DNA from: a bacterium | GTDB lineage: Bacteria > Patescibacteriota > Minisyncoccia > Phycocordibacterales > UBA6065 | Direction: 5' to 3' | Assembly (NCBI GenBank): GCA_030680695.1 | Contig: JAUXUT010000149.1 | Location: forward strand, 39,801-103,800 | Length of the DNA: 64,000 nt | Shown: in pieces, positions 27,855 through 37,426 of the stretch | How positions within the stretch are numbered: position 1 is the first letter of the stretch | Layout: each line of letters begins with the position of its first letter | Program-made: the position numbers and the translations under genes | The notes under the pieces: model-generated | What the model was told of the DNA's origin: nothing | Databases searched by the model: none | What the model saw: only the letters and a program-made list of their open reading frames with translations

Positions 27855-29021
27855 ATGCCCTTTAAGGTATCTATACATGATGATCTGTCTATAAAAGATC
27901 TGATAGATATTAAAGATAAGGGAGGGGTGGTGTTAAAAACACCGCATGTCGGCAATATCTACCCTAACAATCTTGCAATTGCGTCTTTAGGTATACCAAT
28001 GCTCTTTTACGATAGGACTTTGGGGGTCAAAGATATAAGTTTTCATCCAGATAAAATTATTATTGGTGGCAGGTCAACGTTAATAGCCGACCCAAACATT
28101 TTAACCACGCATTCAATAGTCAAAAAGCTTCCAGGTTTAGCGTTTAAAGATGCAGCTGTCGGTATGAAGCTGGTGGATTTTCATATGTCCTCATTTAAAC
28201 GTGCGTTACCTCAGGCGGACTGTTTTACCTACACGGAATATATTCAAAATAATAAAAGTCAGATTCTCCAGATTTTAGAAAAAATCACAGAATTTCATCC
28301 ATATTTGTGGAGCAGAGGTGTTGATGAAAGCGGAAAGACTTTTAAATCTCAAGCAAAAAATTGGGACGACATCATTAGGTCGGGAGTCCTGGGGCTTACC
28401 AGTATGAAAAGTGGTTGGATTATACCTAATCCGGTCAGCATCCTTTTTCATGGAACCGTTGATACGCTAAAGGCAAACGCAGAAGATGTGTATCTCTTAT
28501 CGGGTCCAGACATGTATCGATACATAGAGGGATACCAACTCGAACTTAACGAGGCGTACGACTATTTAAGAAAAAGCTTAAAGTGTGAACTTCCTGAAAT
28601 GGTTCGTTGTCATATTATTCCTGTCATTTGCATGAGATTTATCGTTGAGGTTGATTATAGGAAAGTGCTAGATAATTTGGTCGATGCATACTTGAGATAT
28701 GTATCTGTCGATGATGCTATCAGAAAAATACTAAAGAGTGGCGCTCAAAACATGAGCATCGATGGGCACATAAATAAAAAGGATAAAATAAAAGAGGAAA
28801 TCTATTCTTGTATCAAAGGTCAATTTGATGCATTCAAAACTACCATGTTTTATGATGTCGAGGAGGCGGGCAGTTTTAGTCAGTATGATCTCGCCAATAG
28901 TAAGGGACTATACGTTCATCCGTGGGCGGTCAATAGTAAACTAAGCGATGTATCCAAGGCTTATAGTTTTTTATTGAGGTGCTATTTGCTCGTAAGAGAT
29001 AGGCTACAGGAAGAGATGTAG
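27855..29021 (+). CDS. Hypothetical protein (389 aa), unknown family
   Basis: ORF; start moved to the MPFKVS Met to clear proS. Confidence 0.45.
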   Translation: MPFKVSIHDDLSIKDLIDIKDKGGVVLKTPHVGNIYPNNLAIASLGIPMLFYDRTLGVKDISFHPDKIIIGGRSTLIADPNILTTHSIVKKLPGLAFKDAAVGMKLVDFHMSSFKRALPQADCFTYTEYIQNNKSQILQILEKITEFHPYLWSRGVDESGKTFKSQAKNWDDIIRSGVLGLTSMKSGWIIPNPVSILFHGTVDTLKANAEDVYLLSGPDMYRYIEGYQLELNEAYDYLRKSLKCELPEMVRCHIIPVICMRFIVEVDYRKVLDNLVDAYLRYVSVDDAIRKILKSGAQNMSIDGHINKKDKIKEEIYSCIKGQFDAFKTTMFYDVEEAGSFSQYDLANSKGLYVHPWAVNSKLSDVSKAYSFLLRCYLLVRDRLQEEM

Positions 29022-29029
29022 CTACTGAT

Positions 29030-29782
29030 ATGTCAATGGAATATGATCCAATTTTATACGATTCCGATCCAAGGCCTTTTCTTAAAGATGAGATAGAATT
29101 TTACGTGAAACTAGTCAATAAATTAAAAGCTAAAACGATACTAGAGCTCGGTGTAGGAACAGGAAGAATTTTTTCAAAGTTACTTCCGTTGGTTAAATTT
29201 GCCGAGGGGCTTGATATTTCGGAATCAATGTTAACCGCATGCAGAAATAAGTGTTCTGGTAGCATGAACTACAAATTACATAAAGCGAGTTTTACGGATT
29301 TTAATTTGCAAACTACATTTGATTTGATATACCTGCCCTTTAATACTTTTCAACACCTGCTTACGCAGGAAGAGCAAATTGAGTGCTTGATAAATATTAA
29401 AAATCACATGCACGTGGGCAGTCGATTCATCCTTGATGTAATGAATGGCGATAATTTAATTTTTGATTTTGAAAACTGGAAACAGGACTATGTGGGCACT
29501 TTGGCTGAAGGTGGATCAGTTGAGCGCGAACAAAAAACGATTAAAGTAGATTCAAAGAATTTTATCATCCATAAAATATTCAGGTATAAAGAAATTGTCG
29601 CTGGTAAGATTGATAAAATTCTTGAATTTAATGCACAGATGAAAGTAACTCCAAATAAGAAGATGGGGGAAATTTTACAGATGACTGGCTTTAAGATAGA
29701 AGACGTATGGTCTGATTACGCTTTCAGTTATACGTGCGACGCGAAGAAAATAATTTATTGCTTAAAATTAAATGGAGTTTAA
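29030..29782 (+). CDS. Class I SAM-dependent methyltransferase
   Basis: ILELGVGTGR motif I and downstream acidic-loop motifs. Confidence 0.7.
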   Translation: MSMEYDPILYDSDPRPFLKDEIEFYVKLVNKLKAKTILELGVGTGRIFSKLLPLVKFAEGLDISESMLTACRNKCSGSMNYKLHKASFTDFNLQTTFDLIYLPFNTFQHLLTQEEQIECLINIKNHMHVGSRFILDVMNGDNLIFDFENWKQDYVGTLAEGGSVEREQKTIKVDSKNFIIHKIFRYKEIVAGKIDKILEFNAQMKVTPNKKMGEILQMTGFKIEDVWSDYAFSYTCDAKKIIYCLKLNGV

Positions 29783-31070
29783 ACCAACTACTATAAAGCT
29801 AGAAAAAGGACAGGTGGTCACATCAATTTACCATAGTCCATTTGACTACAATCTTCTGTACCTTATTTGTCTCGCAAAAACTGGGTTGAAGGTAAGAATC
29901 ATCCTGGACGATATAGATAATTTGGGAGTGGATAAAAGCTTTCCTGAGGGGCCATATTCTTTCAGTGAAAAGTTTTTTATGAGTAAAACAGAAAGAACAA
30001 ATATTCGAGCCCTGTCACTGATAACCCCAAAACATCTCTTTGCAAATTTGTCGCACCCAAACCTTAAGGAGTTTGACTCGAAAATCGGTATATCCACGTT
30101 CAAAGAAAACATCAGATATAGAGATACTGTTGAGCACTGGATCAGGGATGTTACGAAAGATTTCGGCACTTTTTCTCTTATTGGGCCAGATAGATCGTAC
30201 GCTTTTACCATAGTCGATCATTTTTTTGTTCAAGCAATTAGCGATGCTAAGCAGCAAATAATTGATATCTTGAAAAAATTCCCTGATCATAAAGATAACT
30301 CGATTGAATTTATTGAATGGCTTTTTGATGAAAAAGCCATTTCAATCGGCACGCCTGTCTCTGATTATTTTTTATCAGTGATGCAAAAGATCGTTGATAA
30401 ATTTGATTTGCGCGATACCGTATCAGTAGAAAGGATGTCGGACTCGGGTATTGAAGCGAATACAAAAAAACTTATGGATTCATTTACCAACAAAGATTCC
30501 CTGTGGGAGACGTATAATTATGCGGTGGTAATTGAAGGTAAAAAAAATACGGAGGATTTTCCATTTTACGCCATATCTAAGATGGACGGGAAAAGATTGC
30601 TACCTACTGATAAATACACAAATGATCCTACCAGTTATTTTCTTGCACCGAAGGTGTTGATGCTTAACAATTTTGAAAACCTCGTCTTGCCATATCATGC
30701 AATGGGTAGCATGAATGTCCGCGCCAGACAGGCAATGTATCAAAACAAAGAAATAAATTGCAATCAAATTTTCTGTGACGACGAATGGATGAAACACATA
30801 GGTTCTTTCAATATCAAGGCACAACTCGATACTGAGGAGCAAAAGATATATGATATGGATACAGTAAATTTATCTTCACTAGGAGATTTATTTGCGAAAG
30901 GGAAAAAATCATACGGAGACAGCGTAAATACAGAAGAGGCCTATAAGGGTTGGATAATTACCTCGACTTTCAATGCTATTGATCGCGTCAAATACCCACT
31001 AATTTTTATGGCACTCCTCCAAAAAGAAGTTTTTCCTACAAAAATTCCTATTTTTTACAAATTAGCATGA
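29772..31070 (+). CDS. Hypothetical protein (432 aa), unknown family
   Basis: ORF co-oriented and tightly packed with neighbours. Confidence 0.45.
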   Translation: MEFKPTTIKLEKGQVVTSIYHSPFDYNLLYLICLAKTGLKVRIILDDIDNLGVDKSFPEGPYSFSEKFFMSKTERTNIRALSLITPKHLFANLSHPNLKEFDSKIGISTFKENIRYRDTVEHWIRDVTKDFGTFSLIGPDRSYAFTIVDHFFVQAISDAKQQIIDILKKFPDHKDNSIEFIEWLFDEKAISIGTPVSDYFLSVMQKIVDKFDLRDTVSVERMSDSGIEANTKKLMDSFTNKDSLWETYNYAVVIEGKKNTEDFPFYAISKMDGKRLLPTDKYTNDPTSYFLAPKVLMLNNFENLVLPYHAMGSMNVRARQAMYQNKEINCNQIFCDDEWMKHIGSFNIKAQLDTEEQKIYDMDTVNLSSLGDLFAKGKKSYGDSVNTEEAYKGWIITSTFNAIDRVKYPLIFMALLQKEVFPTKIPIFYKLA

Positions 31071-32374
31071 TGTTGACTCTTCTCGAAAAAACGGCCGCGG
31101 CATTAATTTTAAAATTCAAACCCACGGTCGTGTGCATCACGGGTAGCGTGGGCAAGACTTCAACTAAGGAAGCAATAGCCTCTGCATTATCGACCTCCTA
31201 CACAGTCAGAAAGACTTCCCGAAATTATAATAATGATTACGGAGTACCGATAGCCGTTATCGGAGGATTTGAATCAGAAGAGGGCTATTTGGCATTACTT
31301 ACGATACTTGGCTACGGTTTATGGCAATTATACTTTCGATCAAGATTTCCACAGATTTTAGTCATAGAAGTCGGTGCCGGAAAATTTGGAGAAATCGAGA
31401 GAATCTCCCGATGGCTAAAACCTGATATGGTCGTAGTGACCAATCTCCCAGATGTTCCATCCCATCTTGGTGTTTTCGGGTCAAAAGAGATGATTATTAA
31501 GGAAAAGAAATTTCTTGTCAGTGCAATGGATAAAGAAGGAATTTTGATAATCGATAAAAACGAAAGAAATGCGAGGTATTTTTACGAGGATTTCTCCGGT
31601 AAAATTGTATTTTTTGATGCAGATAAATTTATTGAAGGCAGTAAATATACTATTGTGTATGAAGATCGAAACGATTTTAATTATCCGCTCGGTTTTAAAT
31701 TTGAGGTTGAATTAAACAACGCTGTAGACAGAAAATCCGTGACTTTTGAAGGATTTTTGGGTATTCAAAATATGAAGGCTGTTGGAATAGCGGTTTTGGT
31801 CGCTAAACAGTTAAATTGTCGAGTAGAAGATACTTTGCAAGGTATAAAAAAATATAAACCTGAGTGCGGACGCCTCAGAATAATCCCAGAGCTTAATGGA
31901 AAAATAATAGTGCTCGACGATACGTTTAATGCTTCGCCACGCGCGATTGAAAACTCATTAAGAACGCTTCTATCTTTGGAATTAAAAAAAAGCCAACGAC
32001 GGATCGCTGTTTTGGGAGATATGCTTAATTTTGGAAAAGAGGTAGAAAAGATTCACAGACAAACTGCCACGGAAGAATTACCACAGGTCGATATTCTTAT
32101 AACGGTAGGAAACATATCAGTTGTCTGGCAAGAATTTAATAGAAATAAATACCATTTGAACAAGCATTTTAAAAATGCGACTAACGCCGCTCGGTATATA
32201 GAGAAATTTCAAAAAGAAGGCAATATTATCCTTTTTAAAGGAGGTCATTTAACACGTCTTGAGAAAGCGGTTGCCATTCTAACTGGATGCCCCTCCGAGT
32301 ATCTTGTTCGACAAGAGAAGTACTACGAGATACACGAACTCGATCTTAATCCAATATCCGCCGACAATGAATAA
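31067..32374 (+). CDS. Mur ligase family protein, MurF-like (D-Ala-D-Ala-adding-enzyme-like)
   Basis: VVCITGSVGKTSTKEAIASAL P-loop, VTNLPDVPSHLGVFGSKE, GRLRII...IVLDDTFNASP and AVLGDMLNFG motifs of MurF or the CphA C-domain. Confidence 0.7.
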   Translation: MMLTLLEKTAAALILKFKPTVVCITGSVGKTSTKEAIASALSTSYTVRKTSRNYNNDYGVPIAVIGGFESEEGYLALLTILGYGLWQLYFRSRFPQILVIEVGAGKFGEIERISRWLKPDMVVVTNLPDVPSHLGVFGSKEMIIKEKKFLVSAMDKEGILIIDKNERNARYFYEDFSGKIVFFDADKFIEGSKYTIVYEDRNDFNYPLGFKFEVELNNAVDRKSVTFEGFLGIQNMKAVGIAVLVAKQLNCRVEDTLQGIKKYKPECGRLRIIPELNGKIIVLDDTFNASPRAIENSLRTLLSLELKKSQRRIAVLGDMLNFGKEVEKIHRQTATEELPQVDILITVGNISVVWQEFNRNKYHLNKHFKNATNAARYIEKFQKEGNIILFKGGHLTRLEKAVAILTGCPSEYLVRQEKYYEIHELDLNPISADNE

Positions 32375-33356
32375 ATACAAATCAAAAATTACTCCAATTT
32401 TGTTGAAGTTGGCCGAAAAATACAACGCTGAATTTCATGTAATGGATCACGATTCTGACGCTGGTTATATCGTAGGGCAAGATCACAGCAGACATTATTT
32501 TTCCTATGGAACACTGGATTTGAATAATGATGCCGCTACTGATTTTGCGAGAAGTAAGATTCTATCCTCTGAAGTCGTTTCGGCGATTAGGATCAGGGTT
32601 CCGAAGGAAAAGATGGTTAAATTCTCAATAAATTTAAAGGCCCCTATCATTAGTGTTTTGGAGGAAATCGGAACACCCGCGATAATAAAACCAGTACATG
32701 GAGCACAGGGAAAAAATATATTTAAGATAGATTCCTTAAATAATTTTGAGCTAGTTATTAAGAATAACGATTTGAGGGATGATTTAATCATTCAAGAATA
32801 TATTGACTCTCCAAATGAGATCAGGGTCGTTCTTTTAGACGGTGAAGTAATACAGGCATATAAGAGAGATTATGCGTGTGTTATCGGCGACGCGGTAAAA
32901 ACGATAAAAGAATTGATCGAAGAAAAGAATAAATATTTTCAGAACAGACAACGTAATACTGTTATCGATACAAATGACACCCAGATAGCTGTCATTCTTC
33001 AGCAACGTGGATACGATTTGAATTACATACTACAAAAAAATGAAAGACTAAATATTTCTTATGGGCGTAATTTATCGAGAGGCGGAGAGTATGAGTTTAT
33101 TACCAAGCTCAGTCCGATAATCATAGAAGTTTCTAAAAAGATTGCTGAGGCCTCCGCTCTGAGGCTGGTGGGCATTGATTTGTTTGTTGTGGGAGATCTT
33201 GACCATGTAGAGAGCGAGAATCAAATTATCTTCATAGAATATAATGCATCACCAGATATGGAGAATAATTTCTATTATGATGCTGGCTACGAACAACAAT
33301 TATTTTTGATATATGAAAAAATCTTTAGTGGAATGTGCAAATATTCCTTATTGTAA
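32367..33356 (+). CDS. ATP-grasp ligase, cyanophycin-synthetase-N-domain / RimK-like
   Basis: IIKPVHGAQGKNIF; VIGDAVKTIKELIEEKN...LNISYGRNLSRGGEYEF...LVGIDLFVV...IFIEYNASPDME; ATGA start-stop overlap with the MurF-like gene. Confidence 0.65.
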   Translation: MNKYKSKITPILLKLAEKYNAEFHVMDHDSDAGYIVGQDHSRHYFSYGTLDLNNDAATDFARSKILSSEVVSAIRIRVPKEKMVKFSINLKAPIISVLEEIGTPAIIKPVHGAQGKNIFKIDSLNNFELVIKNNDLRDDLIIQEYIDSPNEIRVVLLDGEVIQAYKRDYACVIGDAVKTIKELIEEKNKYFQNRQRNTVIDTNDTQIAVILQQRGYDLNYILQKNERLNISYGRNLSRGGEYEFITKLSPIIIEVSKKIAEASALRLVGIDLFVVGDLDHVESENQIIFIEYNASPDMENNFYYDAGYEQQLFLIYEKIFSGMCKYSLL

Positions 33357-33557
33357 GTAAGTGGTGACGGTCAGCGAATACATCGATCCGTATTCAGGAA
33401 ACTTGACGCAATCTATTTCGAGCACAGCCCTGAGGCGGTCGAGAGCGCACAAAAAGCTGGCGTTGCCTCATATCTTTATGGCCACATCAAAAAAAGACTT
33501 GATTGCGCTAAAGACTTTTTTGATTCGAGCTTGTAGAGCCTGTGGGCGAAGGTTATC

Positions 33558-33639
33558 TGGGATTCGAACGGAATCTCGGAGAGGCGTATTCATATTTTAA
33601 GCCACAAAATCCGCTCCGTTCGAATCGCTTTAAACCCGC
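33558..33639 (+). repeat. Direct repeat DR2 copy 2 (E2/E3 junction)
   Basis: See DR2 copy 1. Confidence 0.65.
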
Positions 33640-33762
33640 CTTGACAATTTAGTATCGGCGTGACCCTATTACTCGCGAGAGTAGTGCGACCCACGAACCT
33701 GCTAGATTGTACAAAACACCAAGAGAATTCTCTTGGTGTTTTGTTGTTTATATAATTATGAA

Positions 33763-34449
33763 ATGGATTTTGAGAAAGCTATTAAAATTATCACTAAACT
33801 CCTCAATAAAGAAAAGCCCAAAACATTTAGCAGTTCTTGGATTTCCTCTTGCTCTCCTAGGGTATATCACTACGTTCGTACTAACTTCAGGACTGAAAAC
33901 GATTACATAGACTGGGACAAGGTCACAGCAGCACTCGATCCCGAGTACGCAAAGCGCTGGGTGCGTTACAAACGCAAAGTTGCCAAGCCATACGAGAATC
34001 AGACTGAGGTGGATATCATACTTACGAAATACAAAGACAAACTCTACACCTTTGTCGCCTTAGTTAATGACGATGACAAAGAAAAAAGAAATCAGCTCAT
34101 CATCGCTCTCGTCAGAATCGCCCAGAAAGGAAATGTTCTCGCTCAACAAGAACTTACGAAGTGGTTGAAGTACGTCGTCGATGATTGGGTTGATAAATAC
34201 TACCCGCTATTTAAATGGAAAGGATACACGGACGACATCGAAGACAAGATCCATGGGTGTATTCGCTGTTACAAGTACACAGGATCGTTTCTTGGCTACC
34301 TATTCAAAACACTCGAGTACTCTGGTCGTGGCATACGACCACTTCAAGCATGGTCGCTTGATAAGAATGTCGGTGATGACGGAGCGACAATGATTGATTT
34401 TATAGCTCAAGATACAGAGACGGGAGAGGTGAAATTGTTCGGGAGGTAA
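33763..34449 (+). CDS. Hypothetical protein
   Basis: ORF with terminator-like hairpin and TTGACA-like element upstream; alternative start at 33733. Confidence 0.4.
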   Translation: MDFEKAIKIITKLLNKEKPKTFSSSWISSCSPRVYHYVRTNFRTENDYIDWDKVTAALDPEYAKRWVRYKRKVAKPYENQTEVDIILTKYKDKLYTFVALVNDDDKEKRNQLIIALVRIAQKGNVLAQQELTKWLKYVVDDWVDKYYPLFKWKGYTDDIEDKIHGCIRCYKYTGSFLGYLFKTLEYSGRGIRPLQAWSLDKNVGDDGATMIDFIAQDTETGEVKLFGR

Positions 34450-34468
34450 TTATTGGTACTAGTTCTGT

Positions 34469-35311
34469 CTAAATTATCCTCCCATCAATTTCGTGGAATA
34501 AATTGCTGACCATGATAAGGCGACCGAGTGCATCGTGATGCGGAAGCTGATCTTCATCGCCGTGACTAAGATTATTCCTCCACCAGTGCATGATGCCCAT
34601 AGTGGTAAGTTTGAAGCCGAGTTGCTTATTGATCTCCTGCGGTGTTGATAGAGCGTTGAACTTTATTTTCGGGTTCTGCTCACTGAAAACAGCCGCCATC
34701 AAATCAGACCCTTGCTTATCATGAGTGCTTGTAAGGTCTTGGATCGTCTTCTCGAACCTTTCAAGGGCTTTCCGCACTGACTCGTTGATATGACCCTCGA
34801 TGAACATTTTTTTGCAGTCAGGCAGAAGCGATGGATGAAGAACAAACGCATCAAGTATTTTTTGAATCGCTATCGGAGGTGGCACTGTCCTCGGTCTTTC
34901 CTTTGGAAGATTCATTGCTACAATTTCTGATTCAAGATCAATATTGAGAGCCTTAAGTCGGGTTGAAAGTTCGAGTGCTTCAGCTTCCAATACAGGATCG
35001 CCTTTCTCGTGTCGCTTTTCTATTGCCTTCGGTAGCATCTCCCGCACGAGGATTTTTATTGTTCTTGGCTTCTGGCAATAAAGATTTCGCAAGAACTCAT
35101 AGAAAGACTCCTTCTTGTTGGCTGCTTTCGTAGGAAGATATTTCGACAAACCCCTTTCTTTTGCAATTGTCGTCAAAGAAAAGGAACTTCGGAATCCTGA
35201 AAGAGCGATGAGCTTTCCGAGCTGTTCTGCCAGTGCACGGATCGCCTGCGCTTGCGGTGCTGTGACGGTCACTCTTTTCTTTGCAATCTTTTTCTTGGTC
35301 TTCTTTTTCAT
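34469..35311 (-). CDS. Abi_C/HEPN-like protein (TIGR02391-like)
   Basis: C-terminal MHWWRNNLSHGDEDQLPHHDA containing an Rx4H HEPN-type motif of the Abi_C kind; Lys-rich N-terminus. Confidence 0.5.
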   Translation of the reverse strand: MKKKTKKKIAKKRVTVTAPQAQAIRALAEQLGKLIALSGFRSSFSLTTIAKERGLSKYLPTKAANKKESFYEFLRNLYCQKPRTIKILVREMLPKAIEKRHEKGDPVLEAEALELSTRLKALNIDLESEIVAMNLPKERPRTVPPPIAIQKILDAFVLHPSLLPDCKKMFIEGHINESVRKALERFEKTIQDLTSTHDKQGSDLMAAVFSEQNPKIKFNALSTPQEINKQLGFKLTTMGIMHWWRNNLSHGDEDQLPHHDALGRLIMVSNLFHEIDGRII

Positions 35312-35314
35312 AAA

Positions 35315-35845
35315 TTATTTGGTTGTATGGACGTGGAATCCGCAGGCTCGGCAAATGCCGTTGATGTTCGCATCTCCATTTACATGGAATTCGAAATTTT
35401 CTTTGCCACAAACGGAACAGACCACTCGGCCACCAGTGCGTTTCGTTGCATCAATCGTATCCAGTATGTCTCTCACATTCAGAACATATTTGTTCACCTG
35501 TTCTCGATCATTCAAGTACCCCTGTACCCAGAGGTTCGTGGTGATCCGCCCCGCCGATGTTTCCTTGTAGTGAATCTTTCCCTCGTTCAGCAGCTTCTCC
35601 CAGTACTGCCGTGTCTTGCCATATTCTCTAGCCACATCGCCAGAAGACATGAGTGAGGCGTTGTGGGGAATATATCCTTGGCTTTCCATGTTTTCTACGC
35701 AGGCTCGGATACCTTCAGCGAGCGCATTCTCTTTTTCTTCTTTAGAAAACTCTCCTGTTAGATCAAGTCCAAGGCTCAAAGTGCCGCCACTGCTCGTGTT
35801 GGCGTGCCAATAGAATTTTCGTTTGTCGTCTTTGGGTGCAGACAT
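35315..35845 (-). CDS. HTH plus C-terminal zinc-ribbon protein (possible recombination directionality or regulatory factor)
   Basis: GDVAREYGKTRQYWEKLLNEGKI HTH-like segment; CSVCG...CRACG ribbon; lies just downstream of the serine recombinase. Confidence 0.4.
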   Translation of the reverse strand: MSAPKDDKRKFYWHANTSSGGTLSLGLDLTGEFSKEEKENALAEGIRACVENMESQGYIPHNASLMSSGDVAREYGKTRQYWEKLLNEGKIHYKETSAGRITTNLWVQGYLNDREQVNKYVLNVRDILDTIDATKRTGGRVVCSVCGKENFEFHVNGDANINGICRACGFHVHTTK

Positions 35846-35983
35846 GCCAGAAGTATACGCTTATAGGTTTCTAAATGCAACCAACTATCTGATACGCGTG
35901 GTATATCAGATCGTATTAGTTTGTATCAGATCAATACGGCTATAAGGTATGTAGCCGATTATGGCGGATTGTAGCTGAAAGGT

Positions 35984-37333
35984 TTATTCCGTCACCAAGG
36001 TCAGAGTCTTGTCCTTGTAGATGATTCTCGATCGCAGATTCGCTAACAGCTCCCGCTTCTCGCTCGTCATACCTTCCTTGAGAATGTACTTGGCATAGTT
36101 GCGGATATCGGTATCCTTGTCGGTCTTGATCTTTTCCGTTGCTCCAAGCACCGATCTCTGGAATATATTGTATCGGTTGATCTCTTCCTCAAGCTTCTGC
36201 CTCATGCCAAGCTCGTTGATGTTCACCTTGTCGAGAATTTTCAGAAGCTCCGTGATGAGTTCCTCCTCACGGATATATTTGTTCTTGCAATTTCTGTCTC
36301 TTGCTCGTGAACATGAGTAGTAGATGTAGCGGTTGGCACCACCATCTTTCAATTGCTTCCATTTCTCCTCCGCCGATATTCCACTCTGGCAATATCCGCA
36401 GGTAAATAATTTGGTGAAGGCAAACTCTTTCGTCTCTCGCACGATCTGATCACGCTTCAGTTGTGCTTTCACTTTTTCAAACAATTCCTGCGTGATGAGT
36501 GGCTGATGTTTTCCTTGATACCAGTTGCCACTCTCCCTCGGTCTCTCAAAGATTCCGTAGTAGAAGGGATTCTCAAGTATTCGATAGACTCCACTTAAGG
36601 TCAGTGGCTTGTTGCCTCTGGTGTAGAAGTTCAGCTCGAACCTCATCCAGTTGTAGACCTTCCGTCCACTCCATTGCTCGTATGCGACTTTCTCAAACAT
36701 CTTTTTGATGGTCGGCGCTCTTTGCGGATCGACAAGCACCTGTCCTTTCTTATCCATGTGCTTTTGGTTTAGATATCCAAGGGGCGCCGTTCCGACCCAT
36801 AGTCCCATCTCGCATCGCGTTCTAAGTCCTCGCTTCACGTTGATGCCTCGGTTGTCGTTTTCCAATTTCGCTTGAGAACAGAGAATCATCAGCATGAATT
36901 TGTCGTTCGGGCTGTTCGTGAATCTCTGTCCGTAGGTGCGGATGTCCTGCAAATAATTTCCATCCATGAGGTCGATGACTTTCCCGAGATCGCCTGCGTT
37001 TCTTGAAATACGGTCTGGTGCCCATGTTAGTATTCCGTTGAATTTTCCTTGCTTGATCTCATCCACGATCTCGTTGAAGACGGGGCGTTGCCCAGTCTCC
37101 TTGGCCGAGTGCGACTCTCGCTTCATGGTCACGATCTCCAACCCCTCACGCTCGGCAAGCTGAAGCATCTCATTGATTTGGCTATCTATGGAGAGGACTT
37201 GCCGTTCCTCCGATTCCGTCGACTTTCTTGCGTAAAGGCAGTATTTCACCTTTACGGGGCTTGCTACTTTGGCCGCAGTCCCTAATGGCTCTGGTCCTTG
37301 TATTCTTGTCATACAACACAAGGAATGACGCAA
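35984..37333 (-). CDS. Large serine recombinase (integrase)
   Basis: N-terminal resolvase catalytic domain YARKSTESEE...SIDSQ, recombinase domain, C-terminal Cys zinc ribbon and coiled coil. Confidence 0.85.
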   Translation of the reverse strand: MRHSLCCMTRIQGPEPLGTAAKVASPVKVKYCLYARKSTESEERQVLSIDSQINEMLQLAEREGLEIVTMKRESHSAKETGQRPVFNEIVDEIKQGKFNGILTWAPDRISRNAGDLGKVIDLMDGNYLQDIRTYGQRFTNSPNDKFMLMILCSQAKLENDNRGINVKRGLRTRCEMGLWVGTAPLGYLNQKHMDKKGQVLVDPQRAPTIKKMFEKVAYEQWSGRKVYNWMRFELNFYTRGNKPLTLSGVYRILENPFYYGIFERPRESGNWYQGKHQPLITQELFEKVKAQLKRDQIVRETKEFAFTKLFTCGYCQSGISAEEKWKQLKDGGANRYIYYSCSRARDRNCKNKYIREEELITELLKILDKVNINELGMRQKLEEEINRYNIFQRSVLGATEKIKTDKDTDIRNYAKYILKEGMTSEKRELLANLRSRIIYKDKTLTLVTE

Positions 37334-37426
37334 CTCGCCCCAGGAGTCCAGAGCGCCCCAAGAACCCAGAAGTTGGTAGCTTTTGCCTGTGGAAAACCCG
37401 AGAGGTGGTTAAGGAAGTTAACCGAT

